Shown one piece after another: positions 24,396 to 37,790 of a DNA stretch of 64,000 nt. Source of the DNA: Ophelia neglecta. Taxonomy: Eukaryota. The stretch spans positions 5,704,001 to 5,768,000 of the forward strand of contig OZ260663.1 of assembly GCA_965285935.1 (NCBI GenBank), in the 5' to 3' direction. The position numbers and the translations under genes were made by a program. The notes beneath the pieces were generated by a model. The model did not search any database. It was not told the DNA's origin and saw only the letters and a program-made list of their open reading frames with translations. Every line of letters begins with the position of its first letter. The first letter of the stretch is position 1.

Positions 24396-27300
24396 CTGGA
24401 AAAGTTGCCTCAGCACTTGGTTATTTGTGTTACTATCAATGGATTTTGAATCAGTTAAATTCACAATCAAATGCCATCTTACAGCAATTTCTTTCTCGGA
24501 AATATATATAAGGGCTACGAATATTTTCAAGAGTTTTAATTTAATACCGATGCTACTTTAATGTATGCAATAACTTCTGTCAGTGGGCTTGACTGATTAA
24601 GCGCATATACATAGATTTTTATATCAAAATATAAAAAAGAAATTAATGATAAATACACACTATTATTCCGTTGAACTGCTCAGTATTGCTTAACTTACCG
24701 TACTCTCTCGCGGATGGTCTTCTTGGTTCATAGGGGTGAGAAACACATGGCAACGGCCCGTCGTGTCTATTGATATTAGGCACAAATTGCGCGGGATTGT
24801 CGTTCGTTTTTTGGGGGTTTGTCTCTAGATCGTCAAGGGGCAAGTCGGTTCGACCTTTGACCCTTAATAGTGCTTGTGTCCTGCCAATACGCCTCCTACA
24901 ATCGAAATGTCAAATTGTCATGACTTCAAACTTCCCTCAAACTATTAAAGTATAAGCATACCAGTTAAATTTGGGATATTAAAACTGATAAACATAAGCT
25001 GACTCATTGTCCAAGCATGTGGTAATGACATATATTTGTGATAACATTAAGTTACACATAATTACTAGTCCGAAGGTATTGTCGGCCGCCGGGGTTGCAT
25101 ATGTTTAGACTATTTTCCGTTTAACTCTAAGGTTTTTGAGGAATCCGTACATCAATTAAAAGGAAATAAAATTAAATGAAGAAATATATTTATATATAAA
25201 TAATGTTTTTAACCCGATAAAGAAGGCAGCGACGACCGCGATACACAGTATCACCACTGCAGCCACCGCCCCAGCTATCAGGCTGGCCGTGGTGGGGAGG
25301 AAGTTCTTGCTTGTGATGGCAGTGTTTGTGAATGTCGGAGTGGTAGCTGTCGTTGATGTCCAAGTCCGAGGTGACCCGCTTGATTCTGAGAGTTGGCACG
25401 ATTGATTAATTAGAATTGTGAGATACACATACGATTCTGCTTGTTTACTTAAAAACATACAATACTCTGAACTCTGATTGGTAAATTGAAAATTATACTT
25501 ATATAAAATGACACAACTAATTAATGTCGATACATGAGCGGTCATATTAGGAAGCATCTCACAGGATTCACTATGCGTGAGCAAATAATTTATATGGAGG
25601 TTTTGCATCGCTCTAGTATACCTAAGGTTGTGGCACTCATTGGATGTTCCTTCCCTGTGTATGACGATGGTCCCAAATACACTGTTCCGTTTTCCAGTTT
25701 TCTATAAGCTGTCAGTTTAAACAAGTAATGCGTGTTTGGTTGTAGGTTGCTTACAGTCCCCTCCTGCCAGGCACTCTGTCTGTATGATACGTCTACTCTC
25801 AATGTCCACGCTGTGTTACTAGCCAGGCGGTAGTATATATGATACCCTACATATTTGACAGCTTCTGCCGAGACATTAACCCCTTCCTTCCACTTCCATG
25901 TTACAGACCAGGCCGTGACCTCGGAGGGAGTTTCTTTCACTACGTCACTTGGTCCAAATTGCATAAGCGCTATAAGTGAACGGTCAAATAAAGTACACTT
26001 TCTACAATAAAATTTGTCCATAAAGGGAATACCCCTTTACCGAGAACACTTTTAGGGAGCACACACCGGAAATTCTTAAATCTATAAAACATTGAATGAT
26101 AAATTATCGAAAAAAACAAACAATTATAACGTCGAGTTGAACCCGCACTATTTATCTCAGAGGAAGCATATGCGTTCCTATGATACAAACAATCATGCAC
26201 GGAAGAAAACCAACACAAGACAACTACAAAAAGAAACAATTGGCTGCTGGATATGTTACGGTGTGTAACTAGTCCTATATTCTGCTGCCCCAGTTTAACT
26301 AGTATAACATATTACATCGCCTAACACCTTGGGCATTCATACTTGGCGCGACTGTACTGTGAATAAGGTATACATTGCACATCTCCGCTATTATAAGTCT
26401 TATTAAAGGTCTTATTAGAAGTACTGCTGTATCGAAACAAAGTTAGCATAAAACATGCAGCCGACGACGATGTTAATTTCGACACCTCGAGGTGCATACT
26501 CAGCGACGGCGGGTGGTAGATACCGACACTAATCAGAAGAAGACTATTAATTATTAACCAATATTACATAACAAGCGTGCTTATAATCATAGTAGTTTAC
26601 ACTTACGTAGTTTCACATCACATCTCTCTCCAATCCACCACTCCTCGTTAATGTTATAAGAGCAGCCCTCAGTACATACACCTGTATCTTTATGACAAGC
26701 CTTGTTCTTGCAGTGAGGACGACAACAATTCTCTCCCACAAGATCTTCGGCACATCCTGAAACTAACAACGGAGGGCTGAACTTACAACAAATAGCTGAT
26801 TTCAGTTGACACAATTAAGAGATGACGCAATAATTGATCAATTAAATAGTGTAACAACCAGATGCGCTAGTCTTTGCCGTGAGAAAGGGGTGACCCGACT
26901 CTTTGTATGACGTAGTTCCGATGTGTATTTTACCGTCAGTAGTCTTTCGGTACACCTTAATGTCAAACTCGTAATGTGTATCTGACCGTAGGCGACTCAC
27001 AGTCCCCTCTTGCCATTCTGTCTCTCTGTATGACACGTTAACCCCTGTGCGCCAATCTGCGCTACCAGGCTGTCTGTAGATTATATGGTAACCCACATAG
27101 GTCACGGCCTCCTCCGGGACGTTAACCCCTTCTTTCCACCGCCATGTTACAGATTGGGGTGTGATTCTAACTGGAGATTTATCAACCTCGTCTTTTGGCC
27201 CGAACTGCATTTGTGCTATGAGACATAAATTAAAAGAGAAATCAATCTTACATACATAATACTGGAAGTGGGTGATTGGATATACGAATTTAAAAATATA

Positions 27301-30300
27301 ATAACTCAAGTGTTTTGCATAATCAACACTACCACAACCAGGTGGTTTTCGCTACCGTCATTCGGAGCCGATACGTCGTATTAACCCTTACCTAACTGCA
27401 ACCAAACCATCGCCCCACCTCCCCAACTTCGAGATTTGTATTGGTTAGTCATTAGAATGTCAATGTGCATCAGGCGTGCATGAATCACTAGTGGCTTTAT
27501 TGAAAATACAGGATAAAACTTACACATTTTACACTTACCAAGTTGAACATTACATTTGTCCCCAACCCACCAGTCCTTGTTGACGTCATAGGAGCACCCA
27601 CCGGTGCACTCTCCAGTTGCCTTCGTACAAGAGAGGTTGCTACAATGAGGGCTGCAACAATTCTCTCCCACCAGACCTTCGTGACACACGGGAACTAAAA
27701 AAGAACAGGTTACCATAAATTCTATTTGGAATTTGGAAATGGCACATCCTAAATTGCAATTTTTTAGGACATATTTCTGTTAAAAAGAATACGCGTAATT
27801 ACAGGAAACGTTGGTCGATGCTGTAAGTGTCGAGTGACCCGATTCTCTGTAAGAAGGAGATCCCAGGTGTATTTTTCCATCAGTGTCTTTTCTGTACACG
27901 TGTATGTCAAACTCGTATTCTGTATACTGTTGCAGATGGCTGACAGTGCCTTCCTGCCAGTCACTCTGTCTGTATGCAACGTCCACTCCCCTTTTCCACT
28001 CTTTATCTGCGTTACCAACTTCTCTGAAGTATATACGGTAACCCACATAAGGCACGGCCTCCTCCGGGACTTTCACTCCTTCCTTCCAACGCCAAGTCAC
28101 AGACTGGGGCGTGATTCTGAGTGGAGAACGATCAACAAAGTCCTTGGATCCGAACTGCATTTTTGCTGAGGTGAACGAAATGAAAAGAATAAGTAATATT
28201 ATGGGTTAGGAATGGGTTTGGGGGCGTTATGAGAGGCGTATGGGCCTGCTTGATTTAGCACTAACAATTAACATGTACAGTTGTTCTTGTGACCCTCCCC
28301 CCCCCCCTGCCACCCCCTCCTCCAATCAGAGGATTGGTGCTTTATGAAAAAAAACTATTGCCTGGTTTATAGATGTTATATAATCCACATTCATTAGGAA
28401 CCGAGTAACATCGAAGGTTAAATTGTGGTTAATATGTCCTAGCGTTGTCAGCAATAGATGACAAAGAAATCCGTGTAGCCGAGCTTTAAATAAATATATA
28501 CATGTTTTATTTGCTACCCTTTGTTGAACGTAAACATTAGTATTACATAAAGTTTCTAGGCATGTACTCAACTCGTGTAATCTGGTTGAAAAAGTTGTTT
28601 TTTGCTAGGTTTTTTAGAGGGATGATTAAAAGTGATCCAAAGTGCACATATCATTCTCTATTTTTCTTTTGAAATATGCAACAAAGTGAGCTTCAAGTAA
28701 GGGTGTGGCTAGGTTTTTTTTAGATATTTAAACCATTCGCATTTAGTTGCGTCTACAGATTAGGCCATTTTACCATCATCCTTTTGAATTATGTACGCGT
28801 GCCCTGGAATTGTCTTCCGTCGTTAACTGACCATCTGCCAGTTCGAGCCCTGGTCTAGCCTTAGATCTTTGATGATATCGTTTTGTTCCACTTCGTCTTT
28901 CTCGTGTTTTGCTCTTCATCGTTCCTTTCTTCCGAATCCTTTGGTGACATTCAATGCCATCTAGGGCGCGTTTGTTGTGGCGTTTGTTCTGTTTTTTATT
29001 AGTGACATTAAGTTTTAGAAGTAAATATACTAAATAGATTATATGTGCATATCAATGTATTTCATACTAACGTATGAGTTTATTACAGTTAACTCCAATC
29101 CACCATTCCTCGTTCTCGTCATAGTTACACCCATCGGTACACATTCCTGTCTCCTTCGTACAGGCGAGATTCTTACAGTGGGGACTACAACAGTTCTCTC
29201 CTTGCCGATCTTCATCACAACCTGGAACAAAATCGACACCAAGTTGCCCTGGTATTAATCATTAATATCTTGCAACCTAAACGGGACAGCAAGTGTAAGC
29301 TTCGTTCACGTCGGACTTTTCTATGACAGCCTTGTTTAAAATCAATTCGAAATGGGTGTATGCATTTGTGGTGATATCGTGATATTCACAACTCCACTGT
29401 CTACTGGGATTAGGGCTTCTTTTCATATGCGCAATTATATCGCTTAAGCCAGACTTAGCTATACTGTGGTTTATTTTTTCATTATTTATATATCAATCTG
29501 CGTCATTTGCTTCGTATGAACGTTTGTAAACCATGAACTTTCAAACAATGAAAATATTTTATAACCTTATTATTAAGAGTGTTTTCATGTGGTTTTTGTG
29601 AGATATAACTTAATATTACCATTGGTCATGTTTGTCCGAGCTTTAAGTTCATCCTTGGCAAAGTCAACGTAGGATGTTGGCCCGATCACAACTTCTCCAT
29701 TTGCAGTTTTCCTGACGGCTTTCAGGTCGAACTCGTATTCTGTATCTGGCTGCAGTTCGCCCTTGGTGCCCTGCTGCCATTCACTCAGTCTATACGGGAC
29801 GTCAGATCCTAGCTTCCAACCTCTGGTACCAGTTATACGGTAGTAGATTTGATAGCCAACGTAGGGAGCGGACAGATGTGTTATGGTTACTCCTTCCTTC
29901 CAACGCCAAGTCACAGAGTTGTGTGTTACTTTCACGGGATTCGTGTCGACGGTGTCACTTGATCCGAACTGCATAACGGCTGAAAAAAAATAATGTGCTG
30001 AAATAGTTGGAACACAACACACGTGTTTCATGATTGTTCATATCAAGTTGTACAGTACTTTACAGGGACACTTGATAGGTTTCTTGATAGAAAACCTGTT
30101 TCGAGTCGAAATGTAGTATTGTTTACTGCTCAGAATAAAATTTTCACATGTTAAAACACTTTGAAATTAGACTTTATAGGATTTATGGTTTCAAATTGAA
30201 GTTCGTCGACCAGACATATTTTTAAACAACTTTATTTGGCAGAAATTCGTACTTAAGGACGAACCCGATGACTTACTTGGAGCCTTATAGCGTGTACAGG

Positions 30301-33300
30301 TAATACTCACGTATTTCTATATCACACCTGTTTCCCACCCACCAGGTACCGGAATCATCGAAAGTGCACCCGAAAGTACACACTCCCGAATTCTTGTCGC
30401 ACCTGTGTTGCTTACAATAGGAACTGCAGCAGTTTTCACCAACGAGGCCTTCATTGCACCACAGAGCTAATACATTTTGCATACAATGAGAACAGAAAAG
30501 CAGTGTTATTTAAAGTATGTTGAATTTGAAAACATAATGCATTGGATTTAAAGGTCACTGGAAATGTTTTATAATATATCAGCTACCTGACTAATAAATT
30601 TGTCTTAGGATATTATTTAAATTAAATACTAATATCACCTGTACAATAAGAAAGAGCTTGTAATTCTTATAATAAAATGAATCAATTAAATTTGATTAAT
30701 AAACAGATGGTGTCTATGTTTAATAATTCAAAATCTTGTTCCACAGTTAAGACACTTAAGACACTTACAACTCTGAGGTAGTGTTCGAGCTGAAAGTGCG
30801 AACGACGGAGCTCCAATGTATGTTTGTCCGTTTATAGATTTCCTGTAAGCCTTCAAATCAAACTGGTAGTCAGTGTTTGGCTGTAGTTGGTCCACAGTCC
30901 CATTGATCCATGTATTATTTGTGTATGGCACGGTAACCCCGAGGGTCCAGTTAGATGTATCCCCCAACCGGTAGTATATGTAGTAGCCTATGTAAGGTGC
31001 GGCCTGCTCTGATATGTCTGCACCTTCTTGCCATCGCCATGTGATAGAGTGGTTTGTTATTATAGCTGGGTATTTGTCTACGGTGTCTGCGGCATCAAAC
31101 CCCATAATGGCTACGGAAATAACATTTATTTATTCAAGTGTACTATACCTAATGTAGTTGCCTATATTTGACTGTGTGTACGGTAACATAAGTTAGTAAG
31201 AGTTTTTTCACAATCTGAGAAAGCATTTTAAAATGTTTTAAAATATGTTAAAAATGTTGCAGACTAAACAATTAGCAGAAGTGACAGCTTTGACTAAGCC
31301 AGTAAAATCACACTATTATCTGTAGGCAATACCAGTCATTATTGATCTCAGATCACTCACGTATTTCTACTTTACACTCGTTTCCAATCCACATCGGTCC
31401 GTCGATATCTTGGAAACAGCCGTCAGTACAGCTACCGTCATTGTCACACGAGTCATCTTTGCAGTGCCCACTACAACAATTTGGTCCAAAACTTCCAGGC
31501 TTGCACCCTGTAAAGTTAAAACCATCGTTTTATCCACCGTATACAACGCACTGCAGGGAAACCGGTATCTTCTCAGGACTCATCACATCACGGACATAAC
31601 CTGGGTGTTTTGAAGGTGGTGGTAACTATAAATCACAAGAATTTGCTAGAAAATATTTCTTAATATAGTAAGAAATAGTGTAGACTAGGTGTTTTGACCT
31701 TACATTTTAGGAGTTTCATTAATTTTGGTGATACTTTTGTATATAACGCAATATTTGGCAAACTAATGCTTTTCTCGAGAAGTATAGTATTTATTTTTGT
31801 TTTTTTTTTGTATTGTAACTGTGAACATTTGTTTTATGTCAATTTGGTCGAAATATTAAGGTAGATTACTATTCGAGAAATGTTGCTTTCAATTTGAACA
31901 TATCGTTTACGCCTATGTCTCGCATTTTTTCCTTCAGAATCTTCTCCCCATTTTTTAAAGAAATTTCAGAGAACACGCGCTCTACTCCGGTCGGCTTGTG
32001 CAGATTGTTCCAGAGGTTTTAAATGTTGCTTGCTTCGAGAACACGTAGGTCACGGACTCCACAAACAATAGCGGGCGGCAAGTGGTTGAGGTTTTTTTCG
32101 GGAAAGGCCTATTCCTAGACTTTTCAACAGCTTATGATACCGTAAAATATTGTATTCTCTCATTGAAATTGGAAAAATATGGCATTAGGGCTGTGGCATT
32201 GAATTGGATTAGGAGCTATTTATACAAAAGAACTCAGCTTATAGATATGACAACAATACATACACATACCGTGGACAGATTCATTATTGGCTTTGTAAAT
32301 AAACAGATTTATTCATTACAAGCATAGCAAGTGCAAATCTGAGAATAACAAAATAGAAATAAAGGACGGTGCATAGTATTGGATGACTTTTTAATACAAT
32401 GACCTGGGTTGGGTTTCAGGAGAAACAGTGTGTGATTGAACCACTGGGGTCCTGAACCATTTATTTGACCATGATGGAATCTACACAAGATACTGACAGC
32501 TACTGACTTCTTTGTGCATTCATTCATATAGTTTATATAGTTTCATATTACATATGACATAGTTATTAATATTTATTTATTTTGTTTGCTGTTTTTTTAA
32601 ACACGCAAGGGTAAATGGTCCTGTAACACATAATAGCATTTTTGGCATTCGGTTAGGGTTATAGCTGGTTTCTAGCTGGCTTCGTGGTGTTCTAGGATTG
32701 TTCTTGGAATTCGCGAGGACAATCGTTGAGGTGGAAAATTATTTTGATCTTGTTCAAAATATTTTTTCTTTGGAGTCTCCGTATGAGAAGAATGTTCGAG
32801 CTGGTGTAGATTCTCGCTATTCGAGAAGCGTACAGTAATCGAATAGATATGAAAATGTGGCTTTTTGAAAAGTGAGCGCATAGGGTACTAGCTATTTAAG
32901 AAGCATTCGACATATTCAGAAGCGGCTTATTAAGCATTCGGAGAGCTTCCGGGAAAAAACCAATATGATAATTAACCAGCCAGCCGTTCGAGCAGTACTC
33001 TTCGTTAGGGCCTTTCGGGACCAACATTTTAAGGCATATTCTAGAAACTTTCGGAACCCCAAACGTTTCGGTGTGACAGGGCCATAGGATAAATAGGTGG
33101 CAAAGATTTGTTATGCAAGCTACAATTCTGTACGGTTTCATTTTGCGAGGAAGAGGCTGCAACATCAGCTACCATCATAGTTTTAGCATACTCCAGAAAT
33201 CAAGCGAAATCAAGTGACGACTTGATCGGATGTAAGCTTGAACAATAGACAATTATCAAGTATTTTTCAGGCATCACCTCATCTATTATCTGAGAATATA

Positions 33301-34705
33301 ATACTTGGTAATCAAGCGAAAGCTAGGGAATGTCATGTCAACTTCTTATGGTTGCATTTATTCGATGCCCTCATATTTAAGGAGGTTAGAACCACAGACA
33401 TATGTGATATCTTCTTTTAATAAAACAAAACGTAATTTGATCATAATTCTAGTAAAGACGTGATTCATTGTTAATAACTTAGGCATGCTTGGAATTTCCT
33501 TCCTTGGCCAAAACTGAATGAACAATTGCATACCATAACTATGCCTATGCTGCTTGGTGAGCAGTTTTGGCTACCTTTAGGTCAGGGAAGGGGTCGCCAT
33601 TTAATCCTACACAAGACATGAATTGCTAGCCTACCCAAATGGTACCCTCGTTATTGCACAATTTCAAATAGTCTGACTATAGCCACTACAATAACTTTGC
33701 CTATTTTGCTACCCAAGTTACATAGCTTCGAGGGCAGCTCTATGATTTATTATGATGCTTGCATGGTCAATGTTCGAGGCCCAACATTGAGCATGTAACA
33801 TCATCAATACGTTTGTTTTACGAAAAAACTCAGAACTAATCACACTTATTTCATGCATGTAACTCTTCCGAATGATTTTCTTAGTGATATGGTCGACTAG
33901 TGTTCGCTGCTGCAGTATAGCTTTAAATAGTAAGTTGTTTAAACTAGCGGCTGAAATAAGACAACAGAAATGAAACCCTGTACTTAAGAGAACATCAAAT
34001 ATGCGAGGAAACTGACTGTATTGCAAGGAGAGAATATATGCCCCGATATGCTAGTTGAGTTAAATGTCAGAAAAATGTACATATGTCATCATGTGTCATA
34101 TGTGCGGCCAGTAGGATGGCCAGCGTATCTATTTAAACTTAAAATGTATATCTCTCAAGTGACAATTGCTAATGCAGGATTGTTCAAATATTGTTCCCTC
34201 GTCTGCTGGTTAAGGGATAGCTACATGTTAATGAATGAAAACTTTGAATACATTGCACGACCACACTCACTTTTATAAACAGCGATGTATCTAGGCTGTC
34301 ATTATAAATGTTATTCAGCTTGTGCAGCAGAGTGTAATGAAAAGCATATAGGTGGCAAAGCCACTTAACACCCTTGTTAAGGCCATTCGTGTTAGCTGTT
34401 AAAAAACTTTCTTGAAAATATCCTATTGAAAACAATCATTAATAAGTAATATGTGTGTGTGTGTTGGGACGAAGGGGGAGAGGTGAAATATGAGACCCAA
34501 ACCTGGACCAGTGACCACAGTTTTGTATTAGTGTGTGTTTTAAGTGACGGTATGTAGTTTTAAGTACAGTGTGAGAACATAATATCATCATGAAAAATGT
34601 CCACTTGCTTTTGTAAATAGAAATGTATACATTACCTTTTACAGCGCTCATCAAAATGTAGATAGTCAGCCATGTGTACACTGATTTTTGTACTGCAACT
34701 GACAT
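24322..34705 (-). CDS. Gene B: type I receptor, SP-(EGF-FN3)x5-TM-ITAM, no lectin domain, ~1013 aa
   Basis: Exons: 34705-34636, 31507-31361, 31110-30769, 30466-30311, 29979-29620, 29221-29072, 28165-27803, 27694-27539, 27215-26859, 26756-26607, 25969-25622, 25385-25214, 24895-24699, 24395-24322; total 3042 nt, open frame. Confidence 0.8.
24699..24895 (-). CDS. Gene B cytoplasmic exon
   Basis: 197 nt, phase 2-1. Confidence 0.85.
25214..25385 (-). CDS. Gene B stalk + TM exon
   Basis: LIAGAVAAVVILCIAVVAAFFIG. Confidence 0.85.
25622..25969 (-). CDS. Gene B FN3 exon 5 (chimeric)
   Basis: 348 nt, phase 1-1. Confidence 0.9.
26607..26756 (-). CDS. Gene B EGF-like exon 5
   Basis: 150 nt; peptide essentially identical to A EGF 5. 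Confidence 0.85.
26859..27215 (-). CDS. Gene B FN3 exon 4
   Basis: 357 nt. Confidence 0.9.
27539..27694 (-). CDS. Gene B EGF-like exon 4
   Basis: 156 nt. Confidence 0.9.
27803..28165 (-). CDS. Gene B FN3 exon 3
   Basis: 363 nt. Confidence 0.9.
29072..29221 (-). CDS. Gene B EGF-like exon 3
   Basis: 150 nt; GCDEDRQGENCCSPHC... Confidence 0.9.
29620..29979 (-). CDS. Gene B FN3 exon 2
   Basis: 360 nt. Confidence 0.9.
30311..30466 (-). CDS. Gene B EGF-like exon 2
   Basis: 156 nt. Confidence 0.9.
30769..31110 (-). CDS. Gene B FN3 exon 1
   Basis: 342 nt. Confidence 0.9.
31361..31507 (-). CDS. Gene B EGF-like exon 1
   Basis: 147 nt; GCKPGSFGPNCCSGHC... Confidence 0.9.
32060..32245 (+). mobile_element. 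CR1/L2 reverse-transcriptase fragment
   Basis: GLFLDFSTAYDTVKYCILSLKLEKYGIRAVALNWIRSYL matches the RT motif FLDFSKAFDTV..LL.KL..YGIRG..L.W..SYL. Confidence 0.75.
34636..34705 (-). CDS. Gene B leader exon MSVAVQKSVYTWLTIYILMSAVK(G)
   Basis: 70 nt, phase-1 donor gtaatg. Confidence 0.75.
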
Positions 34706-35759
34706 TTTTCGATCGTTATCGAATATTCCAAGAGAAAGTCAAAACACTATACAATGACCAAACATGGCTTCCTTGTTCGTCCCCTAAGCAAAGATGGCGA
34801 GTCTATTTATACTGATTCGTGTGCCATCATTCGTAGCAAGGATATATGCCTAACCTGCTAATGTTACCTGCAGTCTGTCAATGGTAGAGATGTGACTTTC
34901 ACGGTTGAGCACCTCCGATGAATATATTTAAAGTTTTGAATCTTTGTTTTCATTGTAAGTTTTTATCATACTTGGGTTAACTGCACATTATGATTGTTCA
35001 GAACCGACATGTTAGAAAGCATCATTCAGTGTGTGCGACCAACTGTGATATATGGCAACAGACGAAGCCGTGAAAGAGCTCCTAACTATTAACTTGTACT
35101 CAGTATAGTATTACTTAAACATGGAGTATAGCACAACATGTATGTTTACTGTAGAGAAAAAACCCGCCTTAGATTGTGTCAGGCATAGGACATGTACAAT
35201 TGAACTAGTATCGAATCGGTATAAACATTGACAGAGATTCGACTATAGTTAGACTGTTATTATTTGAAAGATCTTGAAGCAGAGAAGAAAATAATAGTTT
35301 GCTTGCTTCCCCTGTATGTAAGGAGTCATTACAATAAAATGAATCTGACATTACAATCATGACTTCAGCGATGGGAACTAGATAAGTCATAAGATCATAT
35401 AGCACACAGTTTAGTTTTAGTGGTATACCGAAATATTGGAGAAACATATGTTAATCCTTGATTAGAAGGAGGCTTAGTCCGCTCTATGAGATCGTGGTTT
35501 AATCGGTATCATTGGACATGGAACGCACATCGCGGTAATTTGTAGGATAAACCTGCCCGTGTGAAAGACACAGAAACTGACCAGGCAACATGGCCAAGGA
35601 GCATTGACTTATATAACTTTTCACCGGAACATTTCACCGGATTGCAGAAGTAGTCTGCTCCCGCTTTTGGCATTGATAGGCATGCTTGATTCTTCATAAT
35701 TTGGTATGGAAATGTGTGTTTTGGAGTTACGTGGCAACACAATCACAAAGTGCCAAATA

Positions 35760-37790
35760 TGGAGGAAGATAGGGATCATCACGTCATGGAAAAAGGACAC
35801 TGCGTCCATACCAGATCTCATCCAGAAAATAGATGATTTGACAAAGTCAGAACCATTTGGTGTTGCAGATGCAGCAGGATAAAACTGCAGCTATTGAGAT
35901 TGAAAAATAGGAGTCTAATACTAGGATGGTTGCATTGGAACAATACTCGCGAAAAACAATATAGAAATGCATGGCATTTCTGAAACGAGGGTGAAAACGT
36001 AGAAGGCATTGTGATGAAGCCATGTCAAACCATCGGAGTGCCCATGGTTGCAGATATTATTGATCACATCACAGAGTTCCACGTCCGAGCGGTATGACAA
36101 AAGAGGAGAGGCCAAGGGCATAAGTAGTGACAATTGCGCGTCGGAAGATGAAAGACTGCGTTCTCAGGGAATACAGGATGAGAAGAGTCAGCATCAACTC
36201 CCAAAAAATAGACCCGTTATTTTCTGCAGAGCGTTTTTCTTTGGAAATATTCATCTTGCGTCTGACAGGAAAAAACTATTTAGGAAGGCTTAAGCAGCCC
36301 AGAAAAAGGAAAATGTCAGTTTCTTGTGGACCCGTGATGGAAATATTCTGATGGGACGAAGGGAGGGAGCGCCAGTCATCAGAATAAGCCAGGAGGAGGA
36401 CTGCAGTATGATGGCTGGCCAAATAGGTGATTAGAAAATTAGTGTTATGAAAGAATCTCCGTATTACTCGCGACAACAACTTGGAGAGTTGAGTAAACAA
36501 TGAGAATATACTAAATCTCTAAACGTCTTGAACCTGAATGTATAAGCTTATTAAAGAAAAAAACTTGAACTTGACCTATTATTGTGCCAGTTCCAAAAAC
36601 GTTATACGTTTGAATTTGACATTTTAGCTATAGAAGAAATTTGGCTGGATGATAAACTTGAACCACTTGTCCATGAGCCCAGCTATGAATTTATTACTAA
36701 ACACAAGGCTGGTAGAAAAGAGGGGAGCTGTGTTGGTATTTATATTAAAACTTGAATCCGGGGTCAAAGGATTATAATCAGCACTATTTATAGGTAGCCC
36801 AGTTATAATAACATACCTGAACTAAGTTTATACCACTTACCGTAACGGTATGAATAGTGTTAAACAAAAGGCTGAGGGCAACTATTGGGAGGATAAATAA
36901 TAATATATCAAAGGTTTATATGAAGAATACTTGGTTAAATATCACACAGGTTCTAAACAAAAAGACACCGGTAACCATTCAAAATATTTCCTTTGATGAA
37001 AACGGGAGTAAACTATATACGCTTAAAACATATCTAATGCATTCAATTTTTATTTCGATGATATAGGTCGTAAATTACCCCGGTCCTTAAATAGTTGTGT
37101 TGATTACAGAGAATTTCTTGACAACCCATCAATAAACAGCTTATATATGACTTATACCAATTGTGATGAAATTCGTAGGGTTGTTGATATACATTGTAAT
37201 GAAGCCAAAAACAAGTACTGGCTATGATAACATATCTCCCAAATTGATAAAACAAACCATTGATCACATTGTTTTACCAGTGACACACATCTTTAACGCT
37301 ATGGTAAAGAATGGCATATTTCCTGAGGATTTAAAAATTTCGAAGGTATTACCTATCTTTAACTTAAACGGATGGAAATAACAACACGAGTTAGTCGTTT
37401 ATAACGATACCATATTCTTGGTTAATAAATTACTTCATATAGCTTTCGGAATAAAATACTTTCGGAATAAACCCATGCTTATGTTTTCACACCTATTAAA
37501 TTGGCTAAAAGCTTACCTCTAGCCACTTTACCCCAGAAATTGTTTTCTTATATAAATCACAATATATGGAAGAACCAGTTATTAGCCATGATCCTGTTAA
37601 ACTATTCAAGTATGCCACTGACCCCACATTGTTGACAATATCCGTACCAAATTAAAGACTTATGCTGACCTTGCGTTTTCACACTGTGGCCAAAAGGTAC
37701 GAAATGATTTCCCTATAGAACTCAGATCTCAATGTAGCTAATGAAAAGATTACTTTAAACATGTTTTTTGGAAAAAAAGCATATAAAGCA
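35760..37790 (+). mobile_element. Decayed CR1/L2-type LINE (copy 2, co-duplicated with the gene unit)
   Basis: Near-identical to 20640-22665; FDILAIEEIWLDD, KPKTSTGYDNISPKLIKQ..GIFPEDLKISKVLPIF. Confidence 0.7.

Noticed and set aside
24643-24698. Read-through tail YGKLSNTEQ...IYH as a conserved alternative C-terminus or ITIM
   Set aside because: A strong gtaagt donor is present, A stops immediately, the -2 residue does not fit an ITIM, and similarity in B/C/D is explained by recent duplication
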